In this document: piece after piece, positions 10,420 through 19,341 of the stretch
Position numbering within the stretch: the stretch's first letter is position 1
How the letters are laid out: every line of letters begins with the position of its first letter
Source: Pirellulales bacterium
GTDB taxonomy: Bacteria; Planctomycetota; Planctomycetia; Pirellulales; DATAWG01
Assembly: GCA_036267355.1 (NCBI GenBank)
Contig: DATAWG010000099.1
Coordinates: forward strand, 90,393 to 154,392
Length of the DNA stretch: 64,000 nt
Direction: 5' to 3'
Program-made: the position numbers and the translations under genes
Notes under the pieces: model-generated
The model's input: the letters and a program-made list of their open reading frames with translations, nothing else
Told to the model about the DNA's origin: nothing
Databases searched by the model: none

Positions 10420-11103
10420 TGTTGTGCTCCTACGGATTCCTCGTTGTCGCGGGCAGGTCGGCGCGCGGCATCATGCGGTGAAAAGCAAGTTGAATCGATC
10501 GAGAAAAGAGGGGTGTGCGAAATTCGCCCGTCGCTGCTCGCAACGTGCGCAGCCGGGCCATATAGAGCGCTGCGCGGCGATTCGCTGGTCGAAGGATCGA
10601 CCGAATGAAGGTTGGCGATGTATATCGACTTCATGAGCGCAGTCGAACGGCCAGGGTACTGAAATCAGAGCAAACAAGCCGCCTGTGCGACATGCGAACG
10701 CGGAACCGCATTCCCCCATCCAAGCCAGCCAATCCTAACAAGCGGCCGAAAACTTGTCACGCATTTGGATCGGTTGGCAGTCGGACGTGTTCAAGGAGGT
10801 CAGGCTTTCCAGCCTGAAATTCCTCGGGTTCCTTCAGCCTAGGAAGGCTGACCTACGGCAAACGTGCTACTACCGTTTGGTTCGCCACCGACCGTTCCAC
10901 GCCGGCAACCGCCGGGGTGCTAGGTTCTAGCCTCGAATCATTGCGACCCAAATTCGGAAAAATCTTCAAGCAGATATGCGAATACATTTCGGCTTTGTAG
11001 AATGCCGCCTTCAGGCAACCGGCCGATTTCGCTTTTCTTTTCCGGCCAATGCGGGGGCTGGCATGTGCCAATTCTTGGCGACTGTCATGAGCGGAGTTTG
11101 ACA

Positions 11104-12096
11104 ATGAGAACGGAAAAAGCCGCGGGCTTTACGTTGGTCGAACTGCTCGTAGTGATCACGATCATTGGCATCCTGATGTCGCTATTGCTGCCTGCCGTGC
11201 AATCGGCGCGCGAGTCGGCCCGAATCGCGCAGTGCGAGAACAACCTGCACCAGATTGGGATCGCGGCCCAGTTGCACGTGCAAACGCTCGATTATTTCCC
11301 CTGCGCGGGCTGGTTTTGGACCTGGGCCGGCGATCCCGATCAAGGCACGGGGCTGAATCAGCCGGGCGGGTTCTTCTACAACATTCTTCCCTACATCGAC
11401 CAGAAAAATCTCTGGCAATTGGGGGCCGGAACCGCGCAATTAAGCTCGACGAAGAACGCCGCGATCGAGCAGGCCGCCACCACGCTATTGTCAGTGTACA
11501 ACTGCTCGAGCCGCCGGCCACTCCAGCTTTGGCCCTTTGTGAACGGCACCAGTTTCGTCAACATGACGCGCCCGGCGAGTCTCGCCCGCTGCGACTACGC
11601 GGCCAACGGCGGCGATGCAGGGTTGCCGATCTACAACCCCGGGCCGCCGAACTATGCCGATGGCCAATCCTTACCATGGTGGCAGAGCTTTTTGGGGTCT
11701 AACATTCCGGCCAATTATTCGGGCATTTGCGAGCCGGCCTGCCTGATCCGGGCCAGCGCGGTTCACACGGGAATGAGCAACCTGCTTTTGGCCGGCGAGC
11801 GATACATCAATCCCGACAATTATTTCAACGGCACCGACTCGGGCGACGACCAAGGCTGGGACATGGGCTACGATCTCGACACGAATCGCTGGGCCGGCAC
11901 CAGTTTCGCCCCGATGCAAGACACGCCGGGCTACGACAGCTACGAGAATTTTGGCAGCGCCCACCCGAGCGGATTTGCGGCCGTTTTCTGCGATGGCTCG
12001 GTGCACAAGCTCAGCTATGCCATCGACCCGACGACGATTGGCCACATGGCTAATCGCAACAGCACGATGGCGATCGACCCGACGAAAGTGCAGTAA
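11104..12096 (+). CDS. DUF1559 / H-X9-DG family protein with prepilin-type N-terminal cleavage/methylation domain (type II secretion pseudopilin-like; a Planctomycete-expanded family)
   Basis: ATG at 11104 gives [37 protein letters not shown], the classic prepilin leader plus hydrophobic helix. The C-terminal motif [15 protein letters not shown] is H-X9-DG. Divergently oriented to the giant gene across a 680-bp lower-GC spacer. Confidence 0.85.
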   Translation: MRTEKAAGFTLVELLVVITIIGILMSLLLPAVQSARESARIAQCENNLHQIGIAAQLHVQTLDYFPCAGWFWTWAGDPDQGTGLNQPGGFFYNILPYIDQKNLWQLGAGTAQLSSTKNAAIEQAATTLLSVYNCSSRRPLQLWPFVNGTSFVNMTRPASLARCDYAANGGDAGLPIYNPGPPNYADGQSLPWWQSFLGSNIPANYSGICEPACLIRASAVHTGMSNLLLAGERYINPDNYFNGTDSGDDQGWDMGYDLDTNRWAGTSFAPMQDTPGYDSYENFGSAHPSGFAAVFCDGSVHKLSYAIDPTTIGHMANRNSTMAIDPTKVQ

Positions 12097-12228
12097 TTCC
12101 CCCGCGTGGGGCAAGCCGCGGCCGTTCACCGAACTACGCGCCGAAATTGTCCGCAAAATAGATCAAAAGATGCGAACGCGAATTGGGCACGGAGCCCAGC
12201 GAATGTCGAAGATTTGGCCGGCTACTTA

Positions 12229-12675
12229 ATGGTTGGTTCAGGCACCGCATCAACGCTCAATGTCACCGCATCGACCGTCCCCATCGGGCTCGCCTACGGC
12301 CTCACAACTCGGAGCAACAACTCTCAATAGCAACGTCACGTTCAATGTCGCGGACAACATCAACGGCGGCGGCAATGCCCTGGGCACGTTGACACTCGGT
12401 TCCATCAGCGACAGCGGCGGCGGATACGGAATCACCACGGCCGGCCCCGGCACGGTAGTCCTTTCGGCGGCCGCCAATCCCTACGGCGGCGCAACCGCAA
12501 TCAACTCCGGCGCCTTGCGCTTGGCCATGCCACGACAAATACGCGTTCTCTCCGAACGCGACATTCGCCGGCAGCCCCGCCGCGGTGCCCGAGCCCTCGG
12601 CAATCGTGTTGGCCGTATTCGCCGCGATCGGCCTGTTGCTCACCGTGCGTCGGCGAAGCGTTTGTTGCCGGTAGT
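12229..12675 (+). pseudogene. Degenerate remnant of a PATR-repeat protein with a PEP-CTERM sorting signal, disrupted by two frameshifts
   Basis: Three successive + frames carry the pieces. Frame 1 (ATG 12229) reads MVGSGTASTLNVTASTVPIGLAYG...stop at 12328. Frame 2 reads LGATTLNSNVTFNVADNINGGGNALGTLTLGSISDSGGGYGITTAGPGTVVLSAAANPYGGATAINSGALRLA (PATR-like). Frame 0 reads ATFAGSPAAVPEPSAIVLAVFAAIGLLLTVRRRSVCCR* (canonical PEP-CTERM: PEP, hydrophobic span, Arg cluster) ending about 12675. Confidence 0.4.
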
Positions 12676-12998
12676 ATGCGGCGGCCCTCGACCTCAATAG
12701 CATGCGGTTTCGCCTCGTTGTCGTAGTAAAGCGACATCGCGTTGCCGATTGGCAACGCGGTATGAGGCAAATCTTTGTCGGCGGGTCCAGACCGGCTGCC
12801 CAATGTCGCGACGGAAGTCGCAATTCCGATTCGCTTTGCGCTTAGGATCTCCCGCGGCATGGCGCGCGCGGGTCTTAGCGGGCGCATTCTTTGCCTTTTC
12901 TTCTCCGCACCGCCGGCACCCCCTGCTGCTTTTCCCGGGGGCGATCGCTCGGCGACCCAGCGGTTTTGTTCTCCCGCTTCACACAATGTCGAGCTGCC

Positions 12999-13763
12999 AT
13001 GAGCACACAAACCGATACGCAATTCGATTCGCTGGCACCATCGATTCGGTTGCACGACGGATCGCGCCGCACAGCGGAAGCAGTCGCTGCGCCGTATTTT
13101 TCGTTGGCGCGGCTACGGTTGGAGCGGAACGAGCCGATCGTCGAACCCGAGGGCAATCTGCGTGCGGGCTATCGAATTGCAAAGCGGGGGTTCGATATCG
13201 CCGGCGCGATTGTTGCGATTGTGCTGCTTTCGCCGGTGTTGGTCACGGTGTTCGTCGTGCTCTCGATTAGCACCTGGGGGCGGCCCTTGATTCGGCAAGA
13301 GCGGGTCGGATATTTGGGACGACGATTCGGCATGTACAAATTTCGCAGCATGCGCCTCGATGCCGAAAAGCTGCAGCATCTCGTCAAGAATGAACACAAT
13401 TCCGGGCCGATTTTCAAGAACCGCCGCGATCCGCGGATCACGCGCATCGGCCGACTTCTCCGCCGCACGAGCATCGACGAGATGCCGCAATTGTTCAACG
13501 TGCTTTTCGGACACATGTCGCTGGTCGGCCCGCGGCCGCCGTTGGCGAAGGAAGTGGCCCACTATAAGGCGTGGCAACGCCGTCGTTTGGCCATCCCGCC
13601 GGGGCTGACGTGCCTTTGGCAGGTGAGCGGGCGGTCGGAAATCGGCTTCGACGAGTGGGTGCGGATGGATATCTGGTATTTGCGAAATCAAAACCTGGCC
13701 ACCGATTTGCAGCTTCTGGTCCGCACGCCCTTGTGCGTGCTGAGCTGCCGCGGAGCGTATTGA
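12999..13763 (+). CDS. Bacterial sugar transferase (polyprenyl-phosphate glycosyl-1-phosphate transferase; EpsB/WcaJ/ExoY C-terminal-domain type; exopolysaccharide initiation)
   Basis: ATG at 12999 (MSTQTDTQ...). Family motifs KRGFDIAGAIVAIVLLSPVLV, GRRFGMYKFRSM, GPIFKNRRDPRITRIGRLLRRTSIDEMPQLFNVLFGHMSLVGPRP and LWQVSGRSEIGFDEWVRMDIWYLRNQNLATDL match PF02397. Confidence 0.85.
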   Translation: MSTQTDTQFDSLAPSIRLHDGSRRTAEAVAAPYFSLARLRLERNEPIVEPEGNLRAGYRIAKRGFDIAGAIVAIVLLSPVLVTVFVVLSISTWGRPLIRQERVGYLGRRFGMYKFRSMRLDAEKLQHLVKNEHNSGPIFKNRRDPRITRIGRLLRRTSIDEMPQLFNVLFGHMSLVGPRPPLAKEVAHYKAWQRRRLAIPPGLTCLWQVSGRSEIGFDEWVRMDIWYLRNQNLATDLQLLVRTPLCVLSCRGAY

Positions 13764-13810
13764 CTAGGGATTAGGGTGAGGGGTTAGGGTGAGGGGGTTA
13801 GGGTGAGGGC
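13764..13810. repeat. Family C G-rich telomere-like repeat (ctagggattagggtgaggggttagggtgagggggttagggtgagggc); G-quadruplex-capable
   Basis: Four or more GGG runs with short loops and TTAGGG units. Its reverse complement recurs 70 bp downstream at 13881..13918. Confidence 0.7.
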
Positions 13811-13880
13811 TGTGCGACGATGGGTTTCCCGCAACGATGCCCGGTGCGCTATAATCCAGGGGAGGCTCGTCCCGCGTCGT

Positions 13881-13918
13881 CCTATCCCCTCACCCTCGCC
13901 CTCACCCTCACCCTTTCC
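13881..13918. promoter_or_regulatory. Family C C-rich partner (cctatcccctcaccctcgccctcaccctcaccctttcc) 5 bp upstream of the ctpA ATG; a potential 5'-UTR stem with 13764..13810
   Basis: Inverted complement of the upstream G-rich element. The same C-rich box abuts the start codons at 19369, 22768, 29019 (minus) and 56658 (minus). Confidence 0.55.
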
Positions 13919-13922
13919 TCCG

Positions 13923-15293
13923 ATGCCTCGTCGAAATTATCTGATCATCCTCGCGATGGCGGTTGTGTCGTTTGCCTGCTACGGAGCGGTTGACCACAAT
14001 CGCTACGGCCGTTTTTTCGCGGAAGTCATCAACAAGGTCGACCGCGATTATGTGAAGCCGGTCGACAAGGAAAAGCTGTTCGATGCCGCAGTGAATGGAA
14101 TGCTGGCGACGCTCGACGAGAATTCCAAGTTCTACGAACCGGAAGATGCACAATCGAAGTTGCTTTCGGTGATCGATCAACAGTTCGGCGGCGTGGGCAT
14201 CGAGGTCAGCGCAGATCCGGCGACGCAGCAGATCGTCGTCCGCGGCACGATCGTCGGCTCGCCCGCTTATGCCGCCCACCTGCTGGTCGGCGATCGGATT
14301 GCAGGCATCGACGGTCAGTCCATCGCGCCGGATCCAAATCGGACAACCGGGCCATCGCTGATCGAGCAGGCGACAAAGCTGATCCGCGGCCCGATCGGCA
14401 CGACCGTGCGGCTGGAGTTGATTCGCGCCGGACAGGCCAAGCCGGTCGAAGTGACGCTCGAGCGGGCCGAAATCAGGGTCGATTCGGTGCTTGGCGACAG
14501 CCGCAATGCCGACGATTCCTGGAACTTTCACCTCGCGGGCCATCCCGAGATCGGCTACGTGCGAATCCGATCGTTCGGCGATCGCACGCCCCAGGAACTG
14601 CAAACCGCGCTCACCTCGATCGGCGCCGACAAGCTGAAGGGGCTCGTGCTCGATCTGCGCGGCGATCCGGGCGGCCGGCTCGATGCGGCCATTGATGTGT
14701 GCAGCTTTTTCATCCCGTCCGGGCAAACCGTTGTCACCACGCGCGGCCGCAATGACCGAGTGCAAGAGCGAGAGATCTCGCACGGACCGGCGATCTGCAC
14801 CGATGTGCCGATGGTGGTGTTGATCGATTCGATGAGCGCCAGCGCGAGCGAAATCGTTTCGGCATGCTTGCAAGACTACCATCGAGCGGTGATTTGCGGC
14901 CAGCGCTCGTTCGGCAAGGGAACCGTGCAGCGGATCATTCCGATGGGGGGCAACAACAGTGTGCTCAAGCTGACCACGGCCACGTATTGGCGGCCGAGCA
15001 ACAAGAACATCCATCGCCACAAGGGCGCCAAGGATTCGGACGAATGGGGTGTGCTACCGGACAAGGGTTTCGAGGTGAAAATGACCGACAAGGAACTCGA
15101 CGATTGGCTTAAAGACCGCGCTGCCCGGGATGTCGTGCATCGTTCGCAGCCGCCCGCGATCGGCGACGATCCACACGCCGAGGCAGCGGCGGCGATCGAT
15201 CCGCAATTGCAGCGGGCCGTCGATTATCTCGAGCACAAACCGGCCGAGGCCGCGCCGGCCGGAACGGCCGAGACCAAGAAAAACGCGGCATGA
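13923..15293 (+). CDS. ctpA: S41 family C-terminal processing peptidase (Ctp/Prc-like) with PDZ domain, N-terminal membrane anchor/signal
   Basis: ATG at 13923 gives MPRRNYLIILAMAVVSFACYG. FGGVGIEV tail-specific protease motif; PDZ segment GSPAYAAHLLVGDRIAGIDGQS; catalytic region GLVLDLRGDPGG...SASASEIVSACLQD...GKGTVQ. The track ORF starts upstream at 13803 inside the G-rich repeat; I chose the signal-peptide ATG. Confidence 0.85.
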   Translation: MPRRNYLIILAMAVVSFACYGAVDHNRYGRFFAEVINKVDRDYVKPVDKEKLFDAAVNGMLATLDENSKFYEPEDAQSKLLSVIDQQFGGVGIEVSADPATQQIVVRGTIVGSPAYAAHLLVGDRIAGIDGQSIAPDPNRTTGPSLIEQATKLIRGPIGTTVRLELIRAGQAKPVEVTLERAEIRVDSVLGDSRNADDSWNFHLAGHPEIGYVRIRSFGDRTPQELQTALTSIGADKLKGLVLDLRGDPGGRLDAAIDVCSFFIPSGQTVVTTRGRNDRVQEREISHGPAICTDVPMVVLIDSMSASASEIVSACLQDYHRAVICGQRSFGKGTVQRIIPMGGNNSVLKLTTATYWRPSNKNIHRHKGAKDSDEWGVLPDKGFEVKMTDKELDDWLKDRAARDVVHRSQPPAIGDDPHAEAAAAIDPQLQRAVDYLEHKPAEAAPAGTAETKKNAA

Positions 15294-15886
15294 ACGCGCC
15301 AGCGCGGGCGGCGGGCATGCCTGCTGGATTGAAAATATTGCCGGCATGCTGGCGCTCTGCTAGCACCCCTGGAACTCGGCAATTCGCAAACGGCCGAATC
15401 GTCCCTAAGTGGTTGTTCCCCTTGCCGCTAGAGGCGATTGGCCGGCGCGCGAATTCGATTCTTGCAGGGCAAGCGGCGCAGTTGGCCCGCGAGTTGCTTG
15501 GAAGACATGTTATGAAACGCGAACCCATCGCCGGTTCGGCTTGTCCCAGCATCACGTCGACGGAGCCACGCCATGCTTATGCAATCTCACCGCGCACTCG
15601 TCAAAGGCAATTCGATCATGGCAAGATGCCGCCCAGCCACGGCCGCCCAACATTCGCCGCACCACAATTCCGGGCAGCGCATTGCGATCCTCCGCGATCC
15701 TTCCAGTACGCTGAGGCTGCACCAACCGATTGCCGCCTCGCGAGCAATGGAGCCGAGCATTGCCGAATCGAACGATCATTCGTCCGGAACGCTGCTACCG
15801 TGGGCTGATCCCTATATCGCGGATCTGCATCGTCGGCATGAAGGCGAATTGCGCCGCGAGCGACGTGAAAACTCGTAGCGGCACCG

Positions 15887-15961
15887 GTCGACGTCCAGCC
15901 TATCGACCTCCAGCGTATCGACGTCCACCGTATCGGCCTCCAGCGTATCGGCCTCCACCGG
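15887..15961. repeat. 15-bp imperfect tandem repeat x5 (CGRCSTCCASCSTAT) within an ~1 kb apparently non-coding gap
   Basis: cgacgtccagcctat cgacctccagcgtat cgacgtccaccgtat cggcctccagcgtat cggcctccaccggca. Only short overlapping ORFs in all frames between 15294 and 16331. Confidence 0.6.
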
Positions 15962-16331
15962 CAGACTTTGCTTCCCAGTGCCGCAACCGAATTCGCAGCC
16001 GAATTCGCGGCCGATATGGTCATTTCCAAGACTCGAGCACCGTGTTGCGCGACTCACTCTCGAGTTGGTCAAACAACGACCCTTGCACCTGAGCGCCGTT
16101 CTCGTGCGTTCCGCTTTTTGAGCCCCTCACACTGCCCTCTCCCGGAAGGCGAGGGGGTTTGTGGAGAAGTCATTTTTCGGCCGAGCCCGAGCAGGCGTTC
16201 GAAGGCTCGTTCGACGATCGTGCGAAGTTGCTCTTGAGTGAGAAATTCGAATTTCAGGTCGTTCGCCAACCGCGCCTTCATCCGCTCGTCCGGCGCGGTG
16301 CTTCGCCTCCAAAAAAAGACTGGCCGCCGCG

Positions 16332-17660
16332 CTAAGTCGCCTCCGCCTGATTGAAGCTCTGTTCCTGGTAGCCTGTGGCGACGGCACTGAAAATGGTTGC
16401 GGTGGCGGCCATCAAGCCGGCGTAGAACCAGTAGTAGCCCGCGCCGGTGAGGTTGGGCATGGTCCAGTGGACGAGCGAGGCGAGCAGGTTGCCGGCGGAG
16501 ATTGATAAGAGATACAAGGCCATGATCACCGATTTCATTTCGCGCGGGGCCTGCGTGTATGAAAACTCCAGGCAGGTGATCGAGACCAGAATCTCGGCCG
16601 CGGTAAGCAGTGCATAGGCCAGGATTTGCCAGCCGACGCTCGGCGTTTGGCCCGCGGCGAGCCAGGCTTCGATCTTCGCCGGAACGATGAAGGTCAGGCT
16701 CATCAAGAACAGGCCGATCGCGATCTTGCGCAGCGGCGTGACTCGGAACACCAGGCCCGCGGCCGGGTAGACGATGTACGAAAATAGCGGGATGAACACC
16801 AGGATCAATACGCCGTTGACGGCCTGGATCTGCGATGGTTCCCAAGTGTGGCCGAGCCAGTGCAGGTTCAGCTTCTCCGCCTGCAGCACCCATTCCGAAT
16901 TGGCCTGCTGATAAAGGGCGTAAAAGACGGCCACGAACAGATAGATCACCAGCAGCCGAAGAATCGCCCGTAGGCCGACGCCGCTGAACGCTTCGCGGAC
17001 GAATCGCAGTCCGCCCGGCGGCACGTGCACGAACTTGTATCGCCCGAGCCAAAAGAAAATCGTCGCCAACAGCATCAACAGCCCGGGCACGGCGAACGCT
17101 ACGTGCGGCCCGAAACGCCTGAGCAGCACGGGCGTCAACAATTGCGAAACGAATGCGCCCAGATTGATCGAGAAATAGAACCAGCCGTACACCTTCGCGA
17201 GCAGATGCTGATTCTGTCGGCCGAACTGATCGCCGACGTGGGCCGACACGCAGGGCTTGATTCCGCCCGCGCCGAATGCGATCAGTCCCAGTCCGAGAAC
17301 AAGGCCGAGCCGGGTGTCGTCGAGGGCCAGGGCAAGGTGGCCGAGACAGTAGATGAACGAGAAGCTGAGAATCGTGCGATATTTTCCCAGCAAGCTATCG
17401 GAGAGAATTGCGCCGAGGACGGGGAAAAAATACACAGCAGCCGCGAAGTTGTGGAAGCAGATCGTGGCGTCGTGGTCCGACATCGGGGCCGGCTGGCCGC
17501 CGCGGCCCATCAGATAGTGGGTGAGAAAGACGGTGAGGATCGCGCTCATGCCATAGAAGCTAAACCGCTCGGCCGCTTCGTTGGCGACGATGTAGGGAAT
17601 GCCGCCCGGCATATTCGGCGAGGGGAGCGGCTTCGACAGATAGCGATCGGGTTGCGTCAT
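16332..17660 (-). CDS. POT/PTR2 family proton-dependent oligopeptide transporter (MFS)
   Basis: Minus ATG at 17660 (MTQPDRYLSKPL...). PTR2 signature ERFSFYGMSAILTVFL, GAGGIKPCVSAHVGDQF and 12 predicted TM helices. The track ORF extends upstream to 17762 with Arg/Pro-rich text and was trimmed. Confidence 0.85.
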   Translation of the reverse strand: MTQPDRYLSKPLPSPNMPGGIPYIVANEAAERFSFYGMSAILTVFLTHYLMGRGGQPAPMSDHDATICFHNFAAAVYFFPVLGAILSDSLLGKYRTILSFSFIYCLGHLALALDDTRLGLVLGLGLIAFGAGGIKPCVSAHVGDQFGRQNQHLLAKVYGWFYFSINLGAFVSQLLTPVLLRRFGPHVAFAVPGLLMLLATIFFWLGRYKFVHVPPGGLRFVREAFSGVGLRAILRLLVIYLFVAVFYALYQQANSEWVLQAEKLNLHWLGHTWEPSQIQAVNGVLILVFIPLFSYIVYPAAGLVFRVTPLRKIAIGLFLMSLTFIVPAKIEAWLAAGQTPSVGWQILAYALLTAAEILVSITCLEFSYTQAPREMKSVIMALYLLSISAGNLLASLVHWTMPNLTGAGYYWFYAGLMAATATIFSAVATGYQEQSFNQAEAT

Positions 17661-17756
17661 GCGACAGGTGAAAAAGGGGGGTGGGCGAGGCTCTCTCCTA
17701 AAACACCGACGCGCCGCGGAAGTCGGGCGGGGCCTGCATCGTCGGTCAAACTTCAT

Positions 17757-17790
17757 CGCCAACGCTTCGGGCCAGTGTGCCGAGCGGCGA
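17757..17790. repeat. Family B half-element (ccaacgcttcgggccagtgtgccgagcgg)
   Basis: Matches one arm (CGCTTCGGGC) of the family B palindrome plus the gtgtgcc box seen in the 59.7-kb tandem array. Confidence 0.45.
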
Positions 17791-18037
17791 GTTCTCGAGA
17801 TAAAGCCGAGAATCGCCAGCCGGGATGATACGCCGCGGGCCGGACGTGGGAAGGGGCCGGCTCAATCGAAAATCGCTCGCCCACGACACATGGGTTGATA
17901 CCGCGGAATTCGCGATGACCGTTCGTGCTGGCAAAGGAAGTGCGGTTGTAGCGATTTTCTCGACTCTGACGGTTCGCCGGGCCGATAAGCCCTATGGGTC
18001 GAAAGCGGAGATTTCTCGCCAGCGCAGAACCAGCAAC

Positions 18038-18091
18038 GCAGCAGGCACACTCCGTGTCGTGGCGCGGACGGCACACGGAGTGTGCCTGCTA
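18038..18091. repeat. Family A palindromic element (REP/MITE-like): gcagcaggcacactccgtgtcgtggcgcggacggcacacggagtgtgcctgctacg
   Basis: Near-perfect inverted repeat of about 23 bp (CAGGCACACTCCGTGT / ACACGGAGTGTGCCTG) with a 10-bp loop, in the divergent spacer between the POT transporter and the Cys-rich protein gene. Confidence 0.8.
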
Positions 18092-18166
18092 CGTTGGCGC
18101 CGCCGCGATTGGTGGCCGCGTGGCAAAGAGATAGAAACCGGCTGATTTTTCAGGGGGGAGACTCGG

Positions 18167-19072
18167 ATGAGAAAGTATTATCTGGCATTGTTTGCCGCAG
18201 TGGCGCTGGTTGGTTGGATGGATGCCACCAGCCGCGCCGATTGCGGTTGCGGCGCTGGTCCGTCTTGCGGAAGCGAAGGGGGAGGCTGCGGCGATCCCTC
18301 GTGCGTCGAGCCCTATTGCTGCGACCACGTCTGCAATTCCGGCTGGATTTGCGGCGGCGGATGCTCCTCGTGCGGCTCACGCCCGTGCTGCGGGCTGTTT
18401 CCGTTGTTTCCATGCCGTAACGAGTGCGAATGGCGGCGCTACCGGCCCTGCGATTCGTGCGGCTGTGGCGATTCCTGCGGCGGTGGCGGGTCGTGTGGTT
18501 GCCATGAATCTTGCGGTTGCGCGAAATCGTCTGGCTGCGAAAAGTCTTGCGGTTGCGAATCGTGTGGATGTGAGAAACCGTGCGGCTGCGAATCATGCGG
18601 GCGGCGCGCGTCATGCGGTTGCGAATCGTGCGGCTGCCATGAGTCTTGCGGTTGCGATGATGGCGGCTGCCGCCCGTGTGGATTGTTTCCGTGCCTTTTC
18701 CCCTGGATCCGCAGCGAACGGTGCAAGGGGGGCGGCGAGCGCTATGGGGAATGTGGCCAATGCGGTTGCGGCGAACTGTACCTTGGCGATTGGCGAAGCC
18801 AGCCGCCGCGCTGCGAACCGTGCAACTGCTGCGGCGGTTGGGTGGGACCCGGCGAACCGATCCCGTCCTATCAAATGCCGCCGCGAGCCGGCTCGGGCTA
18901 CGGCTACGGCCAAATCGTGCCCGGCCCGAATGGCTCGGCGCCGACGACGCCGAACGATTCGATGCCGAACGCCGCTCCGCCGCTAGCGCCCCCGACCACT
19001 CCGCCGCCGACGACCCTGCCGCCGTCGTATCCGCCGCGCACGTCGCAACGCCCGCATTGGAGCAACTACTAG
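18167..19072 (+). CDS. Secreted cysteine-rich tandem-repeat protein (about 12 S-C-G-C-x-x repeats flanked by two CGLFPxFPC boxes) with Pro/Thr-rich C-terminal tail; function unknown (metal/redox binding?)
   Basis: Signal peptide MRKYYLALFAAVALVGWMDATSRA. Core SCGCHESCGCAKSSGCEKSCGCESCGCEKPCGCESCGRRASCGCESCGCHESCGCDD lies between PCCGLFPLFPCRNEC and RPCGLFPCLFPWIRSERC. Cys is roughly 20% of residues, and the DNA shows matching 18-bp periodicity (tgcggttgcgaatcgtgt...). Confidence 0.6.
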   Translation: MRKYYLALFAAVALVGWMDATSRADCGCGAGPSCGSEGGGCGDPSCVEPYCCDHVCNSGWICGGGCSSCGSRPCCGLFPLFPCRNECEWRRYRPCDSCGCGDSCGGGGSCGCHESCGCAKSSGCEKSCGCESCGCEKPCGCESCGRRASCGCESCGCHESCGCDDGGCRPCGLFPCLFPWIRSERCKGGGERYGECGQCGCGELYLGDWRSQPPRCEPCNCCGGWVGPGEPIPSYQMPPRAGSGYGYGQIVPGPNGSAPTTPNDSMPNAAPPLAPPTTPPPTTLPPSYPPRTSQRPHWSNY

Positions 19073-19177
19073 CAAGCGCGCGGCATGCGGTGCGTGATTT
19101 AAAAACACCGAAGTGATGGGAGCGATTGGACGGCCCCGGCTCGCGGCAGCGAGTTGGGGTCGTGGTGTTTTGTAGCG

Positions 19178-19232
19178 GCGAGGGGCGAGGGACTAGGGAC
19201 TAGGGACGAGGGGCGAGGGGCGAGCAAGGGGG
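19178..19232. repeat. Family C G-rich repeat (gcgaggggcgagggactagggactagggacgaggggcgaggggcgagcaaggggg)
   Basis: Multiple GGG/GGGG runs. The complementary C-rich box lies at 19342..19368. Confidence 0.7.
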
Positions 19233-19341
19233 AACGCCTTTGTTGGTGGCGCTTCTGGGCGAGCCAACCGCCGCACGCTAAACTGGCAATCGCAAGTAAG
19301 CCCGCCACCTGCACCAGGGCACCAGCCCCGAGCCACATTCT

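Noticed and set aside
12233-12700. 155-aa ORF taken at face value as one protein
   Set aside because: Only its middle (PATR-like) part is protein-like. The tail (MPRQIRVLSERDIRRQPRRGARALGNRVGRIRRDRP...) is frame-shifted junk, while the adjacent frame gives a perfect PEP-CTERM. It was therefore reinterpreted as a frameshifted remnant.
16069-17052. 327-aa minus ORF overlapping the POT transporter in another frame
   Set aside because: Arg/Pro/Gly-rich shadow ORF. The POT frame has clear PTR2 motifs and TM helices.
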